Shown: positions 24,408 to 34,115, counted from the stretch's first letter. The stretch: 64,000 nucleotides of DNA from Nocardioidaceae bacterium (GCA_035699065.1 DASSBE010000194.1:34985-98984), one strand, 5' to 3'. Notes: a model not told the origin generated them from the letters alone. A program made the numbers and translations.

Positions 24408-24980
24408 TCAACCCAGCTCCAGGTCTGTGCACTGCCAGTGGTCGTCGTCGAGCTGGAGCCGGGCGGCCAGCGCGCGGGAGCGCCGGCCGTGCCGGACGTG
24501 CACGCTGACCTCGGCGCTGGCCGGCGTGGGCTGGAACACGCGCACGCTGCGCACCTGCGGCCGCACTGTCCGTAGCCGCTGGCGTGCCGGTGCCGTGCGG
24601 GCCAGGATCCGCACCCGCCGGCCCAGGTCGGCGTAGACCCGGCTGGTCGTCCAGCGCACGAGCTGCGACAGGGGACGGTCACCCCCGAGCACCTCGACCA
24701 CCGCCTGCGCGAAGCGGGCGGCCCAGGCCTCGACCTCGTCCACGGCTCTCCCGTCGCCGTCGACGAGGTTCAGGCGGGGCTTCAGCTCCGGCGTCCCGGG
24801 CATGCCGGTGCAGCCCCTGAGGTCGAGGGCGAGGGTGCCCTGGACGGCGGCGAGTGGCACCGGCTCGGGGCGGCGACGTGCGCCGTCGACGAGGGGGATG
24901 ACCGTGGCGCCGCCGTCCGGCGGGGCCGGTGGACGTCGCACGCTGCGGCGGCGGTTGGGAGAGGTGGTCTGGGCAGTCAC
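24408..24980 (-). CDS. Rv3235-like (DUF6459) protein
   Basis: QAVVEVLGGDRPLSQLVRW and RSRALAARL..WQCTDL; GTGA overlap with the LysM gene; conserved position after secA. Confidence 0.85.
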   Translation of the reverse strand: MTAQTTSPNRRRSVRRPPAPPDGGATVIPLVDGARRRPEPVPLAAVQGTLALDLRGCTGMPGTPELKPRLNLVDGDGRAVDEVEAWAARFAQAVVEVLGGDRPLSQLVRWTTSRVYADLGRRVRILARTAPARQRLRTVRPQVRSVRVFQPTPASAEVSVHVRHGRRSRALAARLQLDDDHWQCTDLELG

Positions 24981-25684
24981 GAGGACTCCTTCCGGTGGGT
25001 GGGGTCGAGCACGGGCATCTGCAGCGCAGTGCCGGGGAAGATCAGGTCGGGGTCGTTGCCGATCCGCTCGCGGTTGGCCCGGTAGAGCCGGCGCCACGCG
25101 GCCTCCGTCCGGGCGTCGCTCGGTCGGCCGCCGAGCGCGTCACGCGCCAACGACCACAGCGTGTCGCCGCGGGTCACCGTGACGGTCACGGTGCCGGCGC
25201 CTGCGTTGCCTCGCCGTGGTGGGCCGACCGCCCGGTCCGGCACCGGTAGGCCGCTCACCGCCGTGCCTGCGACCGACCACGGGTCCACAGCGCCCGCGTC
25301 GGCCACGGCCGGGCTCGCGAGGCCGCTGACGAGTGCGGCTCCGCACGCGGCGAGCAGCCAACGGTGCAGCAGTGCTGGGCACCACGACCGGCGCGTGCTC
25401 CACCCGCTGGGGCGGGACAGCGTGCCTGCGACCGCCTCGAGTCCGACCAGGCAGGTCACGGCGAGCAGCCAGGCCGCGCAGAGCACCAGTGCCAGTGCGC
25501 AGCCGGCCACGACAAGTGCGTCGAACGGCATCCCGGACACGCCGGCCGCCCCGTGCGCGGCGATAGCGCTGGCCAGGCCGGCCACCGGACCGCGCGCCAG
25601 GCGCCAGACGCCGACGGTCAGGGCAACCGCGCCGAGGACGAGAAGCAGGCTGCGCACGACCACCGTCGACTGCCCCTGGCTCAT
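24977..25684 (-). CDS. Membrane protein with C-terminal LysM domain
   Basis: Hydrophobic N-terminal half, then VTRGDTLWSLA..LYRANRERIGNDPDLIFPG. Confidence 0.88.
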   Translation of the reverse strand: MSQGQSTVVVRSLLLVLGAVALTVGVWRLARGPVAGLASAIAAHGAAGVSGMPFDALVVAGCALALVLCAAWLLAVTCLVGLEAVAGTLSRPSGWSTRRSWCPALLHRWLLAACGAALVSGLASPAVADAGAVDPWSVAGTAVSGLPVPDRAVGPPRRGNAGAGTVTVTVTRGDTLWSLARDALGGRPSDARTEAAWRRLYRANRERIGNDPDLIFPGTALQMPVLDPTHRKESS

Positions 25685-25807
25685 CCCGACCGACCCCAAT
25701 CGATGCGTTTGCGTGTGTTTGCCTTTTGTAGCCCTCCACGCCCTAGGTCGTCAACCGTTTGTTCACAGGTGTTGACAGCGCCTGGGGACAGGCGGGAGCG
25801 TCAGGGC

Positions 25808-26371
25808 ATGCGCGCACAGGATGGGCTGGGCCAGCTCTTCGAGGACCTCGAGCAGCAGGCGAACGGGCTGCACCTCGCCGAGCGTGACGCGGAGGTCGAG
25901 GACCGAAGCCGCGCGGAGTATGCCGGTGTCACCTTCGCAGCGAGGCTGCACGCCTCGGTGGGGGCGACGCTGAGGTTGGCGGTCGACGGTGTCGGTGCCC
26001 TGGTCGGCACCGTGGTCCGGGTCGGCGACGGCTGGTTCCTGGTGGAGGCCGCGCCGTCACGTCAGGAGTGGGTGGTGTCCCTCCGGGCCGTGACCCGCGC
26101 CGGCGGACTGTCCGGGCGCGCGGTCAACGAGGTCGCCCGGCCCGTGTCGGCGCGGTTGTCGCTGCGTTCGGCGCTGCGCGGGCTCGCCGATGCCCGGACC
26201 TCGGTGGTGGTGCACACACGCGGTGGCGCGCAGGTGCGCGGTCGGCTGGGCCGGGTGGGCGCCGACTTCGTGGAGCTCGTGCCGCCGTCCGACGCGCACG
26301 ACCGTGTCGGCACGCCGGGTCCGCCGGACGTGCTGCCGTTCTCCGGGCTGGCGGCGATCCGGTGCGGCTGA
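25808..26371 (+). CDS. Conserved actinobacterial hypothetical protein (two Sm/SH3-like repeats)
   Basis: LFEDLEQQ; twin motifs VGTVVRVGDGWFLV and RGRLGRVGADFVEL. Promoter TTGACA(25772), N18, GAGCGT, then 6 nt to the ATG. Confidence 0.78.
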   Translation: MRAQDGLGQLFEDLEQQANGLHLAERDAEVEDRSRAEYAGVTFAARLHASVGATLRLAVDGVGALVGTVVRVGDGWFLVEAAPSRQEWVVSLRAVTRAGGLSGRAVNEVARPVSARLSLRSALRGLADARTSVVVHTRGGAQVRGRLGRVGADFVELVPPSDAHDRVGTPGPPDVLPFSGLAAIRCG

Positions 26372-26373
26372 GC

Positions 26374-26640
26374 TCAGCCGAGGTCCGGCTCCGCCTCGCC
26401 GGAAGGGGCGGACTCCAGGAACGGGTGGTCGTCGAGGAACAGCTCCGTCTCGGCGTACGAGCGTTGGATGAAGTCCTCGAGCTTGCTCGCCTCGACGCGA
26501 TACTGCCCGCGGCCACCGATCTTGATTGCCGGCAGCTCCTTGCGACGCACCAGCGCATAGACCTGGGCGCTGGAGGTGTTCAGGATCTCGGCGACATCGG
26601 CCAGGGTGAGGAAGCGAGGGGTGCGCGCGGTGCCGGCCAT
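26374..26640 (-). CDS. Small excisionase/BldC-like (HTH_17) DNA-binding protein
   Basis: RFLTLADVAEILNTS..QVYALVRRKELPAIKIGGRGQYRV. Confidence 0.9.
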   Translation of the reverse strand: MAGTARTPRFLTLADVAEILNTSSAQVYALVRRKELPAIKIGGRGQYRVEASKLEDFIQRSYAETELFLDDHPFLESAPSGEAEPDLG

Positions 26641-26741
26641 GGGGCAGACTCTGCCACCGATTGGCCGGGTTTTCGACCGGTTCCCTCCGTTTGCCTGTGG
26701 ACAACGGGATGAAGGCGTCCGAAAAGCGCCATGATGTCCCG

Positions 26742-27416
26742 GTGAGCGCCGCGACGAACACCCCGCCGAGCCCCGTGACGGTCCCGAGCCCACCGGCTCG
26801 CCGGACGCCTCCCGCCACCTGGCGCGACCCCCGGTTGGTCGTCGGCATCGTCATCGTCGCGGTCTCTGTGCTGTTCGGCGCCCAGCTCTTCGCCCGCGCC
26901 GACGACACGGTGGCGGTGTGGGCGGTTCGCTCCGACCTTCCCGGCGGTACGGCGGTCGGGGCCGATGACCTGGAGCGACGGGAGATCCGGTTCGGAGACG
27001 CGGTTCAGGCCGACCTCTACGTGTCGGCCTCCTCACCGGTGCCGGTCGGGAGCACGTTGGTCCACGACGTCGGCGCGGGGGAGCTGCTGCCCCGGGCCGC
27101 GCTCGGTGACGCGGGCGCTGCCGCCCTGGTCGAGGTCCCGGTCGCGGTCCCCTCGGAGTCGGTGCCGGCCACGGTCCGAGCCGGCTCGGTGGTGGACGTC
27201 TGGGTCACGCCGGACGGGCCGGGCACCGCCCAGGCGGAGTCGGTGCAGGTCTTCGACGACGTCGTGGTGGTCGCGGCACCGCGCTCGGGCAGCGCGCTGG
27301 GTCCCAGCGCCACCCGACAGGTGATCGTCGGGGTGGACGGTGAGCAGGAGAATGGCCTCGCCGAGGCGCTTGCCCGGGCCGCCACCGGCACGATCGTGAT
27401 CACCCGGCAGGGTTGA
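26742..27416 (+). CDS. SAF-domain Flp pilus assembly protein (CpaB/RcpC-like)
   Basis: WRDPRLVVG TM anchor, SAF segment (VRSDLPGG..VGAGELLP) and GSVVDVWVT. CATGAT lies 6 nt before the GTG. Confidence 0.8.
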   Translation: MSAATNTPPSPVTVPSPPARRTPPATWRDPRLVVGIVIVAVSVLFGAQLFARADDTVAVWAVRSDLPGGTAVGADDLERREIRFGDAVQADLYVSASSPVPVGSTLVHDVGAGELLPRAALGDAGAAALVEVPVAVPSESVPATVRAGSVVDVWVTPDGPGTAQAESVQVFDDVVVVAAPRSGSALGPSATRQVIVGVDGEQENGLAEALARAATGTIVITRQG

Positions 27417-27417
27417 G

Positions 27418-28710
27418 ATGTCGACGGGACGGATCACGGTGCTGGTCGCGGCGAGCGGAGCCGGCTGGGAGGCACCGGCGTTGCAGCGCCTGGCGTCGGC
27501 GGGACCCGGGATCGTGCTGCTCAAGCGCTGCGTCGACCTCAACGACCTGCTCGCGACGGCCAGCACCGGGCAGGCGACGGTCGCCGTCCTGGCCGACGAG
27601 CTGCCCGGGCTGGACGCCGACAGCGTGGACCTGCTGCGCCGCTCCGGTCTGGGCGTCGTGCTGGTCGCGGAGCCCGGCCAGCTCGCCGGTGGGGCCCAGG
27701 CCAGGTTCCGCAGGCTCGGCGTGGACCACCTGGTCGGCAGCGACTCGATGGACGCGCTCCCCGAGATGGTCGCCGCAGCCGGCGCCGAGTCCGGGCCGAC
27801 CGGAGCTCCGGTGGAGACGGGACCGGTCGACCCGGAGCCCGACGCGACCGGGCCGGGCCGGCTGGTCGCGGTGTGGGGACCCGCGGGAGCGCCCGGCCGG
27901 ACCACGGTCGCCGTCGGGGTCGCCGCCGAGCTGGCCCACCGCGGGCTCGCGAGCTTCCTGGTCGACGTCGACGGGTACGGCGGCGCCGTCGCCCAGCACC
28001 TCGGTGTGCTCGACGAGATGTCCGGCCTGCTCGCGGCAGCCAGGATGGCCAACGCCGGGGAGCTCGACCGGGCCCGGCTCAGCTCGCTGGCGCGGATGCT
28101 CGACCCCTCGCTGCGGGTGCTCACCGGCCTGCCCCGCGCGGACCGTTGGACCGAGGTCCGCGACAGTGCCTTCGAACAGCTGCTGGACCTCTCGCGCGCG
28201 ATGGGCCGGTACGTCGTGCTGGACACCGGGTTCTGCCTGGAGGAGGACGCCGCGTCGTTCGGCACCGGAGCCCCGCAACGCAACGCGATGACGCTGACCT
28301 CCCTCGAGCAGGCCGACGAGGTCGTCGTGGTGGGCTCGGCGGACCCGGTCGGCCTGGCGAGACTGGCCCGCGGCATGGTCGAGCTGCTCGAGGTGGTCCC
28401 CGGCTGCACCCTGCGGGTCGCGGTCAACCGCACCCGGCCCTCGTTGGGCTGGGCGGAGAAGGAGGTGCGCGCGATGATCGAGGGGTTCGTGACCCCCGAG
28501 AGCATGCACTTCCTGCCGGACGACCGGGCAGCGACCGACCGGGCGGTGATGGCCGGGCAGAGCCTGGTGGAGACCGGCGACTCCCCGCTGCGGCGTGCCG
28601 TCGCCGAGCTGGTGGACGCCCTCACCGGACAAGCCGATGCCTTCCGACCACGCGGTAGCCGCCTCCCCGGCCGCCGCCGTCCGCGCCGTCAGGCGCTGAA
28701 CAGCAGGTAG
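27418..28710 (+). CDS. CpaE/TadZ-like receiver plus MinD/ParA-type ATPase
   Basis: Degenerate receiver domain, deviant Walker A VWGPAGAPGRTT, LVDVD.YGG and VVLDTGF. Confidence 0.85.
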   Translation: MSTGRITVLVAASGAGWEAPALQRLASAGPGIVLLKRCVDLNDLLATASTGQATVAVLADELPGLDADSVDLLRRSGLGVVLVAEPGQLAGGAQARFRRLGVDHLVGSDSMDALPEMVAAAGAESGPTGAPVETGPVDPEPDATGPGRLVAVWGPAGAPGRTTVAVGVAAELAHRGLASFLVDVDGYGGAVAQHLGVLDEMSGLLAAARMANAGELDRARLSSLARMLDPSLRVLTGLPRADRWTEVRDSAFEQLLDLSRAMGRYVVLDTGFCLEEDAASFGTGAPQRNAMTLTSLEQADEVVVVGSADPVGLARLARGMVELLEVVPGCTLRVAVNRTRPSLGWAEKEVRAMIEGFVTPESMHFLPDDRAATDRAVMAGQSLVETGDSPLRRAVAELVDALTGQADAFRPRGSRLPGRRRPRRQALNSR

Positions 28711-30002
28711 AGGCCCGACACGGTGTAGAAGACCATCACGCAGAGCAACGGCAGTTGGCCGGTCAGCTGATGCCGGCGTGGCAGGAGCCTGATCGCGCGG
28801 TCGTGGGCAGCCACGACACCGAGCACATGGCCGGTGACCACCGCGAGCACCTTGGTGACCGCCAGGAACGTCGGGTGCGTCGAGAGCCAGTAATCGACGT
28901 CCCAGTTCGCCGTGCCGAACAGGTTCGAGCCGTTGCCCATCGGGTCGCTGAGCTGGACGAGGGTCTGCTGGCCGGTCTCGACGAAGTAGCTGAGGTAGTG
29001 GGCCACCATGTAACCCACGATGATCGGCACCACCGAGTGCGCGAACAGGTCCGGCAGCGTCCCTCGCCGGACGTCGCCGACGCCGGTCGCGGTGGTGGCG
29101 GCCGCGAAGGTGAGCCCGACCACGGCGCAGGCCGCCAGCATCACCGCGGTGTTGAGCGCCGCGATGTTCACGTCCAGGGACTGGGTGTAGCGCAGCCAGA
29201 GGTTGGAGTCCTTGAAGCTGTCGAAGGCGGTGCTCCCGAACAGCACGGAGACCACACCGACCAGACCGGGGGCCGCGACCACCCCGTCGAGGTTGCCCAG
29301 GGGGTTGCGCAGCACCAGGGTGCCGTCGCTACGGCGGCCGAACACGGACAGGTGGCCGACCAGGGTGGAGTAGACCTCGAAGGGGTCTGCCCGCGCGAAC
29401 CAGGCGCTGCCGAACAGCGCGCTGCCGACCAGCAGCACCCCGATGTAGATCGCGAACCAGAGCCGGATGGGGGACAGGTACGTCGACTGGGGATAGACCA
29501 GCTCGAGCCACACGAACGCGAACAACCCCAGTGCGGCAGGCCAGTACCCGACCCAGCGCGGCAGCTGCGTCAGGCCGCGTTCCGGGTCACCGCCAGTGAG
29601 CCGGGCGACGAGCGTCGCCACGGTGCGGATCGGGCTGACCGCCCGGTAGAACGGGCCGAACAACAGCGAGGCCGGCACGATGCCGACCCACAGCAGCACG
29701 TAGACCACGCCGAAGGTCGGGTTGATCAGCAGGTCGGGCCCGAACAGCGCGGCCCAGGCGACGAACACGAAGAAGGCCAGCCCGAGCACCCGCAGCATCG
29801 CCGCGACCCCGGGGTGGTCGGCGAGCGCGGCGAGCCGGCCCGGCACGGGCCGGCCCGAGGTGGCCGCGTCGAACCGCGGGGTGCGCCAGGCCAGGGCGAG
29901 CACGATGAACGAGACGGCCAGCGCGGCGCCCGCCCCTGCGATCGCGTACTCGGCCGGGATCGGCAGGTCCTGCGCGCCGCCGATGCCGTGCGCGAAGACC
30001 AC
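28689..30002 (-). CDS. Polytopic membrane protein (family often labelled fenitrothion hydrolase FedB-like)
   Basis: AHGIGG..LPIP, ADPFEVYS, GSTAFDS, PIIVGYMVAHY and GHVLGVVAAH; about 11 TM segments. Confidence 0.75.
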   Translation of the reverse strand: MVFAHGIGGAQDLPIPAEYAIAGAGAALAVSFIVLALAWRTPRFDAATSGRPVPGRLAALADHPGVAAMLRVLGLAFFVFVAWAALFGPDLLINPTFGVVYVLLWVGIVPASLLFGPFYRAVSPIRTVATLVARLTGGDPERGLTQLPRWVGYWPAALGLFAFVWLELVYPQSTYLSPIRLWFAIYIGVLLVGSALFGSAWFARADPFEVYSTLVGHLSVFGRRSDGTLVLRNPLGNLDGVVAAPGLVGVVSVLFGSTAFDSFKDSNLWLRYTQSLDVNIAALNTAVMLAACAVVGLTFAAATTATGVGDVRRGTLPDLFAHSVVPIIVGYMVAHYLSYFVETGQQTLVQLSDPMGNGSNLFGTANWDVDYWLSTHPTFLAVTKVLAVVTGHVLGVVAAHDRAIRLLPRRHQLTGQLPLLCVMVFYTVSGLYLLFSA

Positions 30003-30004
30003 GG

Positions 30005-30346
30005 TCAGCGGACCTCGAGCTGAAGGACCACCACGTCCGCCTCGTGCTCCTCGACGTCGACGACACCCGGAGTGTCGATGCTGAGCTCGAGCGTTGTCTC
30101 GCCCTTGTCGAACTCGAGCTCCTGCTCGGGCGTGGAGTGCACGTGCAGGGCGCCGGCCCGGTCGGACGTCACGTCGAGGGTGATCGTCTCACCGGTCTTC
30201 ACCTCGATCCGCTCACCGTTGGGGGTGATCTCGTCGCCGTCGATGGTGATCGCGATCGCCTCGTCGGCGTTGCCGCCGGCGTCGGTGTTCCCGCAGCCGC
30301 TCAGGGCGATCATGGCGATGACGGCAGCTGCAAGGGCCCTGCGCAT
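30005..30346 (-). CDS. Small lipoprotein, cupredoxin-like fold
   Basis: Lipobox LSGC; IEVKTGETITLDV, LHVHS and PGVVDVEEH; SD GGAG upstream. Confidence 0.75.
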   Translation of the reverse strand: MRRALAAAVIAMIALSGCGNTDAGGNADEAIAITIDGDEITPNGERIEVKTGETITLDVTSDRAGALHVHSTPEQELEFDKGETTLELSIDTPGVVDVEEHEADVVVLQLEVR

Positions 30347-30483
30347 GTGGTCGGTCTCCTCCGGTCGGTGGCACCCTCGACGGTCGGGGCTGTCCCTCTG
30401 CCAGAATCCCATGTCGGCCGGGACCTCCGGCTCCCAGGGTGCGGCGGCTACCGTGAGGGATCCGGCACGTGGAAGGGGACTCG

Positions 30484-31941
30484 ATGAGTGAGCGGCTTCG
30501 ACCGCGGGACCTGGCGCTGTTGGCCAACGAGTCCGCGAGCAGCCCGATGCACAACGCGACGCTGGAGATCTTCGAGCCCGCCGACGACGGTTTCGACTAC
30601 GAGAAGCTCCTCGGCCTGATCGCGGACCGGATCGCGTTCGTGCCGAGGTACCGGCAACGCGTCCGCACCGTACCGGGCCGGCTGGCCAACCCGCTCTGGG
30701 TCGACGACGACGACTTCGACCTGACCTACCACGTACGCCGTTCCGCGCTGCCGCGCCCGGGCTCGATGGGGCAGTTGCGCGAGCTGGTGGCCAGGCTCAT
30801 GTCGCGCCGTCTCGACCGGAACCGGCCGTTGTGGGAGGTCTACCTGGTGGAGGGCGTCGAAGGTGGCCGGTTCGCGATCTTGTCGAAGTCACACCAGATC
30901 CTGGTCGACGGCATCTCGACGGTCGACATCGGGCAGGTGATCCTCGACGTCGACCCGAGGCCCCGCGAGACCGTGCACGACGACTGGCGACCGGCCCGTG
31001 AGCCGAGCTCCCCGGCTCTGGCCGCGCAGGCCGTCTCCGAGTCGTTGCGTGACCCCCGGCTGGCGGGGACCACGCTGCGCGGCAACGCGGAGAGTGCGGC
31101 CCGTTTGGCCGTGGCGGTCGGGCATCGCGCGGCCGGCGTCGCCGCGGCCTTGTCGAACCGGCGGTCGACCCCCGAGTCCCCGATCAACACCGTGCTTTCC
31201 GAGCAGCGCAGGTTCGTCACCGTGAGCACCCGGCTCGAGGACTACCGCCGGGTCCGCCGTGTGCACGGTGGCACCGTCAACGACGTCATCCTCGCCACCA
31301 TCACCGGCGCGATGCGGGCCTGGCTGATGACGCGGGCCGAGTCGGTCAGCGGCGGCCGGAGCCTGAAGGCGATGGTTCCGATGAGCGTCATCGACCACGA
31401 GCTGGAACCCACCTCGCTCGGCAGCCAGGTCACCGGTCACCTGCTCAACCTCCCGGTCGGTGAGTCCAGCCCCGTGGTCCGCCTGCACCAGGTCTCGTAC
31501 GCGCTCAAGGCGCACAAGGACACCGGACGCGCGGTCGCCGCCGACCGGCTCAGTGATGTCGCCGGGTTCGCACCCACCACCTTCCACGCGTTGGGAGCAC
31601 GGGTGGCGGCTGAGCAGGCCCGTCGTGGGTTCCACCTGGTCATCACCAACGTGCCGGGGCCGCAGTTTCCGTTGTACGCCGCGGGTGCTCAGATGCTCGA
31701 GAGCTACCCGGTGCAGCCGTTGCTGCCGGGGCACGCGCTGGCGATCGGAGTCACCTCCTACGACGGCGGCGTCTACTTCGGGATCAACGCCGACCGTGAC
31801 GCGCTGCCGGACGTCGCGGTCCTTGGCCAGTGCATCGAGGAAGCCCTGGCGGAGCTGGTGGACAGCGCCAGCGAGAGCCGGCCGCGGGCACCACGGGGCC
31901 GGAAGAAGTCCGTTCCCGCGCGAACGGAGGAGCGGTCTTGA
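30484..31941 (+). CDS. Wax ester synthase/diacylglycerol acyltransferase
   Basis: PMH, WVDDDDFDLTYHV, LDRNRPLWE, SHQILVDG (HHxxxDG variant), GTVNDV and ITNVPGP. Confidence 0.92.
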   Translation: MSERLRPRDLALLANESASSPMHNATLEIFEPADDGFDYEKLLGLIADRIAFVPRYRQRVRTVPGRLANPLWVDDDDFDLTYHVRRSALPRPGSMGQLRELVARLMSRRLDRNRPLWEVYLVEGVEGGRFAILSKSHQILVDGISTVDIGQVILDVDPRPRETVHDDWRPAREPSSPALAAQAVSESLRDPRLAGTTLRGNAESAARLAVAVGHRAAGVAAALSNRRSTPESPINTVLSEQRRFVTVSTRLEDYRRVRRVHGGTVNDVILATITGAMRAWLMTRAESVSGGRSLKAMVPMSVIDHELEPTSLGSQVTGHLLNLPVGESSPVVRLHQVSYALKAHKDTGRAVAADRLSDVAGFAPTTFHALGARVAAEQARRGFHLVITNVPGPQFPLYAAGAQMLESYPVQPLLPGHALAIGVTSYDGGVYFGINADRDALPDVAVLGQCIEEALAELVDSASESRPRAPRGRKKSVPARTEERS

Positions 31942-32429
31942 GCAGCGTGCGGGTCTACGTGCCGATCACGCTCAGCCGGCTCCAGGAGGTGGTCGTCTCC
32001 GGCGGCGTCGGTCCGCTGCCCGTGCTGGCCCACGCGGTCACCGGGTCGTTGAAGGAGGAGTACGCCGAGGGTGCTGAGGAAGAGTGGGAGTACGCCGCGA
32101 TGACGGCGGCCGCCCAGGACTCGCTGGGGCTGCTCACCGAGGACGATCCGCCGCGCCGGGTCGTGATCGCGGTCGACGTGGCGTCCGTCGTACCCGTGGA
32201 CCGGGCCGAGCCGAGCCTGGTCGAGCTCGACGAGGTCGTCCCGGTCCGGGCGATCGCCGCCGTGCACGTCGATGCCGCGGACGCCGGGGAGGATGTCGCC
32301 GCGGCGCGCGAGGCGTGGGCGGCCGCGGAGGCCGGGGACCCCGACGCCGCCGAGGTGGTGGACCGTTGCCTGGACCACGAGCTCGGCTGGTTCGCCACCC
32401 AGGAGATCGGTGAGCTGCTCGAGGGCTGA
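31938..32429 (+). CDS. DUF6912-like protein
   Basis: RVYVP, AHAVT, EEWEYAA, RRVVIAVD and LGWFATQEI; TTGA overlap with the previous gene. Confidence 0.78.
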   Translation: MSSVRVYVPITLSRLQEVVVSGGVGPLPVLAHAVTGSLKEEYAEGAEEEWEYAAMTAAAQDSLGLLTEDDPPRRVVIAVDVASVVPVDRAEPSLVELDEVVPVRAIAAVHVDAADAGEDVAAAREAWAAAEAGDPDAAEVVDRCLDHELGWFATQEIGELLEG

Positions 32430-32486
32430 GCCGGAGGCTTGCCCGGTGACTTTGGGGTAACCCCCGGGGTCTGACACGATCGGGGC

Positions 32487-34115
32487 ATGGACGCCATCAC
32501 GCATGCACCGGCTCCCGTGAACGAGCCGAACCTGAGCTATGCCCCCGACAGCCCGGAGCGGGCCACCCTCGAGGCCGAGCTGGCCGAGCTGCAGGGCAAG
32601 CAGCACGACCTGACGGCCACGATCGGCGGCAAGAAGAAGATGGGCGGTGGCGAGGAGATCGCCGTCGTCGCGCCGCACGACCACCAGCACGTGCTCGGTG
32701 TGCTGAAGAACGCGACGCAGGCCGACGCCAAGGCCGCGGTCAAGGCGGCCGGCGACGCCGCCCCCGGCTGGCGCGCTCTTCCGTTCGACGAGCGCGCCGC
32801 GATCCTGCTCAAGGCCGCCGACCTGCTGGCCGGCCCGTGGCGTCAGCGGTTGAACGCTGCCACCATGCTCGGTCAGTCGAAGACCGCGTGGCAGGCCGAG
32901 ATCGACGCCGCCTGCGAGCTGATCGACTTCTGGCGCTTCAACGTGCACTACGCCAAGGGCCTCCTCGAGGAGCAGCCGGTCGCCAACTCCCGAGGCGTCT
33001 GGAACCGCACCGACCACCGCCCGCTGGAGGGGTTCGTCTACGCGATCACCCCGTTCAACTTCACCGCGATCGCGGGCAACCTGCCCACCGCTCCCGCGCT
33101 GATGGGCAACACGGTGATCTGGAAGCCGTCGCCGACCCAGCAGCTCGCCGCGCACATCACGATGGAGCTGCTCGAGGAGGCCGGGATGCCTCCCGGCGTC
33201 ATCAACATGCTGCCCGGGGACGGGCTCGAGGTCTCCAAGGTCACGCTCGAGCATCCCGACCTCGCCGGCATCCACTTCACCGGCTCCACGCCGACCTTCC
33301 AGCACCTGTGGTCCACGGTCGGCGCGAACATCGGCAAGTACCGTTCCTACCCCCGCATCGTCGGGGAGACCGGCGGCAAGGACTTCATCGTCGCGCACCC
33401 CTCGGCCGACCCGGACGTGCTGCGGGTGGCCATGCTGCGCGGGTCGTTCGAGTACCAGGGCCAGAAGTGCTCGGCCGCGTCACGTGCCTACGTGCCCCGG
33501 TCCGTGTGGCGCAGGATGCGTGAGTCGTTCCTCGCCGAGGTCGACGACATCGCGATGGGCGACGTCACGGACTTCTCCAACTTCATGGGCGCCGTCATCG
33601 ACGACCGCGCGTTCGCCAAGCACAAGAAGGCGATCGCCCGTGCGAAGCGGTCCAGGACGCTCGACGTGGTCGCCGGCGGACAGGTCGACGACTCGGTCGG
33701 CTACTTCGTCCGGCCCACCGTGGTCGAGGGCGGCGACCCCACCGACCAGATGTTCAACACCGAGTACTTCGGCCCCATCCTCGCCGTGCACGTCTACGAC
33801 GACCCGGACTTCGAGAAGGTGGTGGCGCAGATGGAGTCGTTCGCGCCGTACGCCCTGACCGGCGCGATCGTCGCCCAGGACCGGGAGGCGATCGCCTGGG
33901 CCCGGAAGGAGCTCCGTTTCGCGGCGGGCAACTTCTACATCAACGACAAGCCGACCGGTGCGGTGGTCGGCCAGCAGCCGTTCGGCGGCGCGCGCGCCTC
34001 GGGGACCAACGACAAGGCCGGCTCCCCGTCGAACCTGCAGCGGTGGACGTCGCCGCGGTCGATCAAGGAGACCTTCGACCCGCCGAAGGACTACCGCTAC
34101 CCGCACATGGGCTAG
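32487..34115 (+). CDS. pruA: L-glutamate gamma-semialdehyde (P5C) dehydrogenase
   Basis: AEIDAACELIDF, PFNFTAIAGNL, GETGGKDF, FEYQGQKCSA and INDKPTGAVVGQQPFGG. Confidence 0.96.
   Translation: MDAITHAPAPVNEPNLSYAPDSPERATLEAELAELQGKQHDLTATIGGKKKMGGGEEIAVVAPHDHQHVLGVLKNATQADAKAAVKAAGDAAPGWRALPFDERAAILLKAADLLAGPWRQRLNAATMLGQSKTAWQAEIDAACELIDFWRFNVHYAKGLLEEQPVANSRGVWNRTDHRPLEGFVYAITPFNFTAIAGNLPTAPALMGNTVIWKPSPTQQLAAHITMELLEEAGMPPGVINMLPGDGLEVSKVTLEHPDLAGIHFTGSTPTFQHLWSTVGANIGKYRSYPRIVGETGGKDFIVAHPSADPDVLRVAMLRGSFEYQGQKCSAASRAYVPRSVWRRMRESFLAEVDDIAMGDVTDFSNFMGAVIDDRAFAKHKKAIARAKRSRTLDVVAGGQVDDSVGYFVRPTVVEGGDPTDQMFNTEYFGPILAVHVYDDPDFEKVVAQMESFAPYALTGAIVAQDREAIAWARKELRFAAGNFYINDKPTGAVVGQQPFGGARASGTNDKAGSPSNLQRWTSPRSIKETFDPPKDYRYPHMG

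Noticed and set aside
26374-26640. Excisionase as a marker of a prophage or ICE
   Set aside because: No integrase, att repeats or phage genes nearby; the context is chromosomal and tad-associated.
26694-26705. oriC suggested by a perfect DnaA box
   Set aside because: The boxes are isolated, with no cluster, AT-rich unwinding element or dnaA/dnaN; treated as regulatory sites instead.
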